From the NCBI RefSeq assembly GCF_030144855.1, contig NC_082722.1, forward strand, positions 26,412,001 through 26,476,000: DNA of 64,000 nt. Direction: 5' to 3'. The notes beneath the pieces were generated by a model. The model ran no database searches. It was not told the DNA's origin and was given only the letters and a program-made list of their open reading frames with translations. Below, piece after piece: positions 24,901 through 34,559 of the stretch. The stretch comes from Hypanus sabinus (lineage: Eukaryota). The position numbers and the translations under genes were made by a program. Within the stretch, counting starts at the first letter, position 1; each line of letters starts with the position of its first letter.

Positions 24901-26720
24901 GGCGATTTTACACAAGTACCGCCACTTTGCTCTTCCAATCAAAAATCTAGATGCACCACATTCTTGAAAGATCATGCACAACACATTTCATGGCCACAAT
25001 GTGCGCCATACTATTTTGAATATCTGTCAGGAGTTGAACTTTTAGGCAAGAAATTTGATTGCAATCTAATGCACAACTTCAACTTTTATAACATTATTGT
25101 TATTATTTAATGTGCTGTATTTTTTAATCCATTAGTTATTCAAAGAACCTCTGAGGAAGCAAGTCAGAGCGGAGAACCGGTAGGTGAGACAGTTTTTCTT
25201 TTTGCTTCTCAGAGGGGTATATTGATAGAGGAATATTATGATCAATTATAACCTCAGAATGGACATATCTGTGAGCACATGAGAACCCATGACAACGACT
25301 GAACCGCAAAACGCTGCTTCAATGGCCCGTAGTGCCCGGGGAGTACAAAGGTGACAGTTGTCCCTGCGAAAACTGCTGGGGAAAGGAGGGAAAAGGAAAT
25401 AATTGCGGCAGGAGAAAGATGACGTGAGATGAGAAACTCATCCTATTCGTATAATAGACTAAAAATGGTGCTTGAAAATCAATTTCAATCTTAAACGATC
25501 ATAGAGACTTACAGCATTAGGGAAAACACATTTCGTACCGTTTCTGAAACAACATGCATCGCAATATCGTTTACTGATTTTAGAATGTTATTATGCCACA
25601 TTTAACTCATTTACATTTACCTTTTCAAACTCATTTTCTCTTTATGGAATTGGAATTGCATCAGACTCTCCACTAACAGTGTTAACTACTCTCTGTGCAA
25701 CAGGGTGGACTTACGCCACTTGAACATAACCTTGCCGATGCTACACGAAACGTGAAGGAAAACAAAATATTTCACCAGGTCAGACGCCAGGATGATGATG
25801 TTGTCTATGCAAAGGTAAAGCCAAGGAATTGGGGGCGGAAGAGATACAAAATAAGCATTGTTTTTTTGAAAAAAAACAGTTAATGTCTTGAACTATAAAA
25901 ACACATTGGCCTAATTTTGACCTCATGGTGGTTGGTGGTGATCATCTGTTTGTCCCGAAAGGCAATGGCTGATGATGATTATCATCATAAGCCAGGACGG
26001 AAGGTATGGAGATCCAAAGATTTCCATTCGTCAAAATACCCCTGTCGGCCTCACCAGTGTATTCCAAAGGAAAGCTTATGAAGCAATACGTTTGGCAACA
26101 GCTTGGCTGCAGAAGCTACCGGAATGATATTCAAAAATTTCTGGACGCCTTCGGGGCTCCAGTCCGGATTTGCTGTCCGGGTTTCGATTCTCCCAAGGCT
26201 GCCCCCAAGGCAGTGGAGCTATTTACGCATGGGTGGGATCTGGTTTACGAGCATCAGGACCTGTCCACATGCTGGTGGGCCTGCATGCTACATGTGCAGA
26301 GGCGATGCCTCCTCCCCATCCTCCGCAAGCAGCCCGAGGCCGAAAACAGTTTAGTTTCCGTGTAAAATAATACCTTATACAATAATGTAAAACAGAGCAA
26401 CGGAACTTCAGAGAAGAAAAAAGAAACTGAGGTTTCTCTTTTGTCTCTTTCAGTACAAACTATTTTAAATGGCTATAGTCTGAAAATGAAAATTATTAAA
26501 TACATTACAATTGTATCTTAAAATTTATCGCAACGCTTTTTTGCTGGACAATTGACAAAGTCTGGATATTGAATTATTTCCACAGATTCGAGGTGGCGGA
26601 GATGAAAAGTTGACATATGCCGCTCTGCAGTTTTCCAACAATAAAATATCGGCACTTAAGCACGGCAAGAAGGATACAGTGTACGCAGATGTAAGGCTTT
26701 CACAAGAAGCGAGAAGCTGA
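18897..26720 (+). CDS. Copy B, intact 7-exon model: non-rearranging VJ-C1-TM inhibitory IgSF receptor, about 350 aa
   Basis: join(18897-18951, 19138-19443, 21898-22191, 24575-24682, 25136-25179, 25704-25814, 26586-26720) = 1053 nt. All introns are GT-AG, phases 1,1,1,1,0,0, and there are no stops. The domains are leader, V-set, C1-set, TM, and a tail with ITIM/ITSM motifs. Confidence 0.85.
19138..19443 (+). CDS. Exon 2, V-set domain with germline-joined J-like G strand
   Basis: KVEQFPTILNASIGGNESMHC...ISWW...DVGVYYCQVKSQQKILGNGTGSQLIV; acceptor ttttgtcag, donor A|gtaagt; phase 1-1. Confidence 0.95.
19770..21150 (-). mobile_element. CR1 LINE 3' fragment in intron 2 of copy B
   Basis: Reverse-complement tail cataagaacataagaaat at 19775; minus-strand ORFs GNYSPVSSTSVVGKMLE, QQGSLLGLQLFTICIDDL and RRMRGNLIET. 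Absent from the homologous intron of copy A. Confidence 0.9.
21898..22191 (+). CDS. Exon 3, C1-set Ig domain
   Basis: TPPTPLKII...KLVCKTAAFYPMKLDIFW...GSFEASSTL...IYTCLVTHETLKRP carries the C1 signatures C-x3-xFYP, F-x3-S-x-L and YTCxVxH. Acceptor gttgtag, donor G|gtaag; phase 1-1. Confidence 0.95.
22368..23245 (+). mobile_element. CR1 fragment (ORF1 end and APE start)
   Basis: IKAYDLVVDTEIWLQNGEDWKLNIQRYKVIRKDR (APE-like); upstream esterase-like agaacgaaaatcttcttaatctctggattactacctgtgccacgtgc. Confidence 0.8.
24240..24379. repeat. Inverted-repeat (hairpin) element built from PLE terminal sequences
   Basis: The left arm caacacacagaaaatgccggaggaactcagcaggccaggcagca (24240-24283) pairs with the right arm tgctgtctggcctgttgagctcctgtaacattttttgtgtgttg (24336-24379). 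Confidence 0.85.
24575..24682 (+). CDS. Exon 4, short stalk plus transmembrane helix
   Basis: DGENSNTPLILGGALGGLAIIILILILIITGVKAKR: about 24 hydrophobic residues, no charged residue in the helix, and a basic stop-transfer. Acceptor tcttttatttccag, donor G|gtaag. Confidence 0.92.
25136..25179 (+). CDS. Exon 5, short cytoplasmic exon VIQRTSEEASQSGEP (alternative end at 25183)
   Basis: Acceptor tttttaatccattag; tandem donors CCG|gtaggt and TAG|gtgaga, 4 nt apart. Confidence 0.75.
25704..25814 (+). CDS. Exon 6, cytoplasmic, ending DDDVVYAK (ITIM completed by the next codon)
   Basis: Acceptor ctctgtgcaacag; donor AAG|gtaaag, phase 0. Read-through gives VVYAKV and a stop at 25883. Confidence 0.7.
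26586..26720 (+). CDS. Exon 7, cytoplasmic, with ITIM LTYAAL and ITSM TVYADV
   Basis: Acceptor attatttccacag; IRGGGDEKLTYAALQFSNNKISALKHGKKDTVYADVRLSQEARS*. Too short to appear in the ORF track; found by reading the sequence. Confidence 0.88.
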   Translation: MRGGGDEKLTYAALQFSNNKISALKHGKKDTVYADVRLSQEARS

Positions 26721-29059
26721 AAATCGAAATAGGCTTCGGTTCGGCGGACTGTGAACAAATGTATTCCCAACGGGTTGTTTCCCCTTACTTTCTGCAGAGA
26801 GACTAAAAAACGACGACTGAAATAATACTGAAGGTTAAGACTATGAAAATTGGACATTGTGACATACAGGCGAAATTTCTTTCCGACCCTATCAACAAAG
26901 ATATTTTCAACTACAAAAGAAGTACAGCGATATCTGTGTAAAGAGAATCAATATTCTGCTCTAGTTCATATACGTCATCTTGCTGAACAATTATATCGCT
27001 GGCGATATATCATCACAATTTGTAATGTCTTTTTACGATAATTTGCAGTTCAAAATAAGCATTAATTCTGGTGAAGCAACCAGCTGAGAGTTCAGTAGAT
27101 AAATCAGGTTGCGGAAATCAGACAGAAATAACACAAATATGCGCTTGCATTGTGAGTCAGACAAGAATTTAGTAACATGATTTCTCTACTCTCCTAATTA
27201 GATTTTGCTAAAATTCATTTTCAGTAAGCAAAGAGACGTTCATTTTTCTGTGGGACAAGACAGGCTCTTGCCGTTGAAATTCCATATGAACCAAAAAGGG
27301 AAATCTTGAAAGAACGTTAATATAAACTCTGTATAAAGATGTAGCAATCTGAAATTGATAACTGATGATTACATCACTAATTTATTTTACAATCGTTTGA
27401 TTCAGTTAGTCGCTGGATGCTCGATTTTGAATTATTTTCACAGGCTAAAGCAATGTTGCTCACAAACTGACTTGCACAGCTCTGCAGCTTCACAGTTCCA
27501 CGAGCACATCAGCACGCAAATTTCAACGCAAAAATACATTGAACACAAGTATACAGTAAACACGTCAAAGAAGCTGTGGAGCTGAGAATCCAGTTGTAGT
27601 TCAGAGCTGTAGACCACCAATTAATGCAAACCCAAGGCACTGCTTCGTTTCATTCCTTACATCCAGACAAAGAATGACAATCGATAACATATATCTGAGT
27701 TGGGAAGGTAAAACGTCATTTTCGTCTTCGTCTTTATTCTAATTCGTTGGAGCCAATACATACCGATAAAAAAAAAGTACGAAACTGAAGGATAGTATCG
27801 GTAATAATTCAGAATCCACCATCACGCCTCTCTCTACTGTCCGGCCATTCAATGTGATAATGTCTGATATGCTCATTCATAATCTCCTCTTCTGGTCCAT
27901 TACACACTCTCCGATCATTTCAAGAAAAAGGAATTGCAAATACATCCCAATAATTCTACCTCAACATTCCTCAGATGGTGAAAAAAACGACATTCAGATA
28001 TTCTCCGCCATTGGCGAGACAACATTTGTTTAAATTTAGGTCGAAGCCGCCAAGATTTTATATATATAACTATTCTCGGCCGCTTGCAACCAATCCACAA
28101 CTACAGCTCACAGATTTGTTCGACCTATCACCTGACAGCTACTGTTGCAGACCTCCTTCTCACATTTATTTATTATCTTCCCTCTACACTCAAATCCTGA
28201 GTCGGTATCGCCAAACGTTGACCATTTTCTTGCCTTCACAGGCATGGTATGGTCCATTTAATTCATCGATCAGCTTATTTTTATTTCAGCCCAAAGAATT
28301 CAGAGACTAGATCGTACTATAAGAGGAAAACAACAAATAAGTGATTGGCATCTCGTAAACATTCACCGAATTGTGCTTCAACTCACAGGGAAACCGATAA
28401 ATAGGGGTATTGAAATCAGCTGTAAAATTTCATGGGAATGCAGAGTGTATCTTAACTAAAATAACAGCGAATAAATTTCGTACCTCCTGAGGCAAAATGT
28501 AATTCTTCCTTCGCGTTCGGCTGAGAAGACAGCATTTGCCTATCCTGTTGGCTAAGACTTCCGGTAATTCTACGTCAATACAGGAACTGTGATATATTTA
28601 CAAATTTGAATATAGTGCCATGCAGGAGGTAGGACAATGTGTCCCCACTGACCCTCATCGAAATGTTATTAAAAGTTTCAGGTTTTACGGACTTTGTCGC
28701 TTCATTAAACTTTATGAATGGAACACATAGTGGGTTGTTTATTTTTATACATTGGGTACCTTTTTCTACATGACCAGCTTTTTTAATCCAAGGGAAATAT
28801 TACATTCGTCTCTGGACGAGTAGTTTATCCACGTGTCTATATGGAAACGATATGCTTTTTCGGAGAGTGAGAATTGACGTCTGTAATGATCACAATGTGA
28901 AGTTGTGGTACATCAATATTCTGTCCGGTACTTCCGATGCCGCCAGCTCTACTTTGGTGTAACCCAATATAAATTAGAGGACTGTTTTTCAAGGACCTCC
29001 ACTGCATCCAGAAAAAGTGCAAATTCCTGTCATTTTACTTCTCATCGCGGCATTTTGGT

Positions 29060-29515
29060 CCTTCTTCTGCCAACGTGAGGCTACTCTCTGGGTGGAGGAT
29101 TGACGCCTCATTTTCAGTCTAGGTATCCTCCAGCCTGATGGCATGAACATCGATTTCTGCTTTCATTAAGTTTTCTCTCTCCTTTCTCTCTTCTTCTGTT
29201 CTACACTCTGGACTCCTACCTCTACTCCTCACCTGCCAATATCCTCTCTTTAGTGCCTTTTCTCTCATGGTCTACTCTAAAATCCTATCAGGTTCGTTAT
29301 TTTACATGACTTTTCCTTTTCCATCTAACACCTGCCAGATTCTTACTTTATCTCCCACCACTCACCAGACTTTACCCATGACCTTCTTGTTAGTCGTCGT
29401 TTCCCTCCCCCTTCTTTGTGTTCTTGCGTCTTGCCTCTTCATTTCCAATGCTGATGAACGGTCTTGGCACGAATCATCGACTGTTTATTCCTTTCCATAG
29501 ATGCTTCTTCAGATT
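29060..29515 (+). mobile_element. PLE remnant (GIY-YIG end, CT-rich body, terminal motif)
   Basis: cctcattttcagtctaggtatcctccagcctgatggcatgaacatcgatttc...ctgatgaacggtcttggcacgaatcatcgactg; positional equivalent of 1-545 and 14075-14762. Confidence 0.7.
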
Positions 29516-30056
29516 CAGATTCAGATTTAGTTTATTATCATTTATAAACCACAAATACAATGCAGTTAAAGATGAGACAACGTTCTCTGGAATGATATCA
29601 CGAAAAAGCACAAAATAGACCACACAAGAAAATCCACATAACGTTTGGTAATCCCCAATCCAGAGCCTGGAGAGGCTGCTGCGTATCGATATCGCGCTAC
29701 CGTCTTAGTCCCTTTCCCCGGTAAGGGACTACAAACCCATCAGTCAAAACTAAAGCTACAAGACCTACACGAAACCACAAAGTTACATACAGTTATAGTT
29801 AATATATAGTTTCAACAGTGCAGACAATACCATAATTGATAAAAGACTAACTGACAAAGATCACATAATTATAACACATAGTTTCAACAGTGCAAAGGAA
29901 TGCCGTAATCTGATAAAGAGCAGTCCATGGCACGGTTTAAAAGAAAGTCTCAAATTCCTGACAGCCCATCATCTCACGCAGACGTTAGAAGGAAGAAAAA
30001 CTCTTCCTGCCATGAACCTTCAGCGCCGCAGCTTGCCAATACAGCATCTGGGAGCC

Positions 30057-30192
30057 CCGACCACAGCCAACCCGGAGTCCGTCCGAAAACTTCGAGCCTC
30101 CGACCACAGCCAACCCGGAGTCCGTCCGAAAACTTCGAGCCTCCGACCACAGCCAACCCGGAGTCCGTCCGAAAACTTCGAGCCTCCGACCA
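30057..30192. repeat. Perfect 43-bp tandem repeat, 3 copies plus 7 nt
   Basis: Unit ccgaccacagccaacccggagtccgtccgaaaacttcgagcct at 30057, 30100 and 30143, inside an interspersed element (about 29510-30330) that begins with (ttcaga)n. Confidence 0.95.
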
Positions 30193-30539
30193 GTCCTCAG
30201 ACACCGAGCACCGAGTATCATATCTGCCGAGTGCTTCGACCCTGGCACCGTCCGCCAAGCACCACTCAAAGCCAAGAATTCGGGACCTTCCTCCCGGAGA
30301 TTTTTCTTAAGTTTCTCTACAATGTTGTGTGTGTTGTTCTAGATTTCCAGCGACTCTGCAAAATCTCTTCTGTTACTGAGGTGAAAACTGTTTTATGAGC
30401 ATTTCTAGAAAATGTTTGACGGATGCAGAAATGAGAACACTATGAACTAAAGGTAACGTGTTGGATCCGATGGAGAACTGCTTAGATAGCTGGAGATAAG
30501 AAACTTTCAAAGATTTAATTGAAGAAATACAAGAGCATA

Positions 30540-32560
30540 ACCTCATCCCTAACCCCGTGTGCGTCTCCCAAGTAAATACAAATGCAAAGAATCTATTTAA
30601 GATCTCCTCATTCTCTTTTGGCTCCGTGCACAGATTATTACTCCGATTTCCCAATGTACTATTTTTGTACCTTGCAATCTTTTTGCTCTCAACACTACTT
30701 ACCATACCAATCCAACTGCATTTCACACATTGCTACCGAACCCCCCCCCCCCCCCCCCACTATACGTTCTGGGACATTTTACATTCATTAAGCTCCTATC
30801 TGTTGAAAATCTTACCCTGGACCCATTTTAATTTTTTTTCTCTCACACCATGAATTGATGTATCCTCATATTCAATTAACCTATCCTGGGTTTAAAAATG
30901 TAATCTGGGCCTCCCTATGCCCCTCGTCGCTTTATCTTCCTAAATCATGTCATCGCTCAACCTCTTGTACTCAAGGAAGAATAACCCGAGCCTCTCCCTA
31001 CAGCTAAAACCTTGCGGTCCTCCAAACATACTCGTGAGTCCTTTCTTGCTTGTGTTAAGGGCTGCTGGGCTGGGCGATCAGAAATGCACAGAATGCTCCA
31101 AGTGTTTCACTAACGATATGTACAGAATAACAGTGCATTCCAGACAGTGCACTCATTGCACCAACTGTTGTGTCATGTGTGACAAACACCTTCTTTACCT
31201 TTCTGTCCACTTCCATCGCCACTTGAAAAGATTTATGTACGCATTACCCTCAGTCGCTGTGTTCTACTTCAAGGCCCAGGGCAACTTATTGTGTAATTCC
31301 TGCTTCATTTTAACTAACCAAAACACACCTTTCCGCCATTGTCCAAGTTAAATTACAATATACCTGCACTGGATGGACTGGTTTCCCAGTTCATTATCTT
31401 GGTTAGCTTTCACTTTCTTCAACACCAATAATTTCGTTGCCTCCCCGAAGTTATTAATGATGTTAACAATATTATCCTCTTCAGTGTTTCAGAACTAGAT
31501 AACAAAGAGTGCTGAAACCTATACCACCCTCTCCAGTACATCAGTAGTTAGAGACCTTCATTTTTAAATACCAAATCTCCACTATCACCTTCTGATGTTA
31601 TACTAACAGGATTTGGTGCTCTCCTGTTCAGTCGGCTGGCTATCCCTGGTTCCCATGTCATCCAACTTTCTACATTAGGTCTGCCATGCGGGACGTTGCA
31701 AATCGCAATGAAAGTCCAGTATACTGCCCGGTCTTCAGCGAATTTCTTCCTGACTTCTCAAAACAACTCGAAGAAATGTGTGAGATAAGATTCCCCTTCA
31801 CAAATCCATGCTGACTGCTACCCTTTCAGTCCTCGCCTTTCCAAATTATGAGAGACTGTTTGCCTCAGAATCCACTCCAATATCGTTCCCAGCACCGATG
31901 TCAGGTTTGCCACCCGAAACTCTGGGCTTATCCTTGCACGCCTTTTAAATAAATGCATCTTAGTCACACTCTAGTGTTCTGGTACCACAATCCTGATAAA
32001 TGACGGTCGTCATATCACGCAATTGCCCTTTCAGTTCCTCTCCTAACTTCCCACAATGTCGACCGATACATTTGATCAAGCTAATCAAACATACTGTTGT
32101 TTTACAGTGCTAGAACCCACCCCTCATCCCACTCATTTTCCGCCCTATCACCACCCCTCCCATTTTCTCATGTGGAATTTTGGAAATCATTGGTAATAAT
32201 TCCCCTTAATTCCTTTGTTGGCAAGATTTTCACCACAGCTGTACGTATGAGAAATGATCATGTACAACTAAGAGATCGGTTGTGTCTCCACACATAGATG
32301 ATTACACTGTTCTTTCACAGTCGCTATTTCCTCACTTCCCCTCAATATATCTTTACAAACAATGTCATGCCAATTTGTGCAGTCATGATTTCCCTCGAGT
32401 GTGCTGCAATATCTTTTATAGTTCTGAAGGGGCTCACTAGAACCCGTTCCCTATAGATGATACGGGGCTCCTTTCGCCTGGCCAGTGTCTAAATACGCTC
32501 GTCAACCGGGATTCACCAATTATGTTAGCCTCATCATTCTCTCTGTCACTATAGTTCGTG
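30540..32560 (-). mobile_element. Old antisense CR1 remnants (third unit)
   Basis: Colinear with 16190-17860 and 4300-5060. Confidence 0.65.
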
Positions 32561-32984
32561 CATATTAGTGGCAGTTACTGGAGGGCGTAGTCTTGATATA
32601 AAAGACGAAAAAATAAGTGAGCTTTACGGGGTAAGTATTTTTCAAGGAGAACGGTAGGCGACTTGAACGCGCTACCAGAAAATACTGATATGATCATAAC
32701 CGTTAAAGGCATTCGAATAGTCACATGAACAGGCACAAAATGGAGCGATGCAGACCATATCCAAGCAAGTAGAAATCGATTCAATTTGAAATATGATTGA
32801 TACGGACATCATGGGTACTGTTGGACCATCTGTACTGTTGGACCACGAAAAGATTAAAGACAAATAACGTGCTTTAACGTATGTTATTCAAAAGCAGTGA
32901 ACCAAGAACGGCTAAAATAGAGGAAAAGCAACACACACAAAATGCTGGAAGAACTCAGCAGGCCAGGCAGCATCTATGGAAAAG

Positions 32985-33950
32985 AATACAATCTTCCTTT
33001 ATCAATTTTTTATTAATTAAAATGTACATGTATATAAACAAGAGGAGAATTAGCTCAAGTATCTATATCGATAACAATTCATATACAGGGTAAAATAAAC
33101 ATGATCAAAATCATGCAGAGTATTAACCTAATAGTATATCATAAAATAAGATAATCAATTCTCATCTTATCATTCCATGAAAAGAAGAAAAAAATAAAGA
33201 AACTTTTTATAATTCTTATATATATCAAAGAAAAACACTAAACAAAAAAAAAGAAAAAAAGAAGAAAAATAGAGAAACGAGGACTGGACAGCTCATACTG
33301 AGAGTAAAGGCGAGGTAAAAGAAAGCTTTCTGATCAAATCCAAAGTTTTGGGAAAGTAACTGGAAGACTATTAAATGAAACTATATGAAAATATTGAATA
33401 AAATGTCGCCAGGTTACTTCTAATTTAAAAGATGTTTCAAATGTCCGACTTACTTTTCTAAACTTAGACAGGACATAATGGAGGTAAGCCGATAAAAAAA
33501 CAGCAGGTGGATTAGAGTCCTTCCATTTAAGCAAAATGGCACTCTAAGTCAATAAATTTGTAAAAACTATCATCCGTTGAGTGGAACAGGAATATATCCT
33601 GCTTCCGGTGGAGTGATACAAAAATTGCTGTGAATATATTTGCTTGTACGTCCAAATTCAAACTTTTGATAAGGTTTTAAAGACATCTTTCCAAAAGTTA
33701 TTTATATTGATGCAGGACCAAAACGTATGAGTTAAAGCAACCACCTCATTATTACATCTGTCGCAAATAGGATTAATATTGGAAAAAAATAAGGGTTAAT
33801 TTGTCCTTTGACCGATCTGCCCTATGTACCACCTTGAAGTGTATCAAGGAATGACGGGCACAAATAGATGAAGTATTTACCAGATGAAAAAATTACCTCA
33901 TTGATTATCTGAAAGTGACTCTCGAAATTCCAGTTGACGTTTCTTCATTC
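32985..33950 (-). mobile_element. L1/Tx1-type LINE 3' fragment
   Basis: The minus-strand ORF LKWKDSNPPAVFLS...KVSRTFETSFKLEVTWRHFIQYFH resembles an L1-type ORF2 C-terminus; A/T-rich tail near 32990-33260. Confidence 0.65.
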
Positions 33951-34559
33951 TTCTTCCTAACTTAGTTTGCTAATTTTTTTGTAGAGTGTATGCAATTGTT
34001 TTAAGCATTCTCACTTATGTTTTGCCCACTGTGAAAGCAACTTCGCCCAAAGTGGAACAAACCCACCGATCTTAAACGTCGCAATCGGTGGCACTGCATC
34101 CATGTTATCCAATTTCCCAATTCCGTTTGGTAGGGGCGCATTTATAGAACCAGTCAGCAGAGAACAGTGTTTCAATGTAAAGAATAGCAAGGGCAAATTT
34201 ACCCCCGCGAATGTTCGTAAAGTAGACTTTGGAGTGTGTTGACGTCAAGTGAAAAGTCAGCAACAGCATTTCGGAAATAAAAGTGGCTTTCGGCTAGTCT
34301 GCTAATTGGTGCCTTTGTTCCTGGAAGCAGAAAGTTTTCCTCTCTTTGCCATTTGTCTAACGCCCGCTTACGGGAATGTTGTTGATTGTTATTTCAGCTA
34401 TTACCCTGTCACTGATGATCGTAACAACCTAGGCTTGTTAGCTGACCCTGGCTAACAGCCTCATGACACAGTTTTGCATGCATAACAGTGAGAAGGCCAA
34501 ATTCAATAAGCAACACACGTCAAAGGTCACTATAAGTCAATATAATTCGAGTTCAGATA

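Noticed and set aside
30057-30192. CRISPR-like array
   Set aside because: The units are contiguous with no spacers, the DNA is eukaryotic and there are no cas genes.
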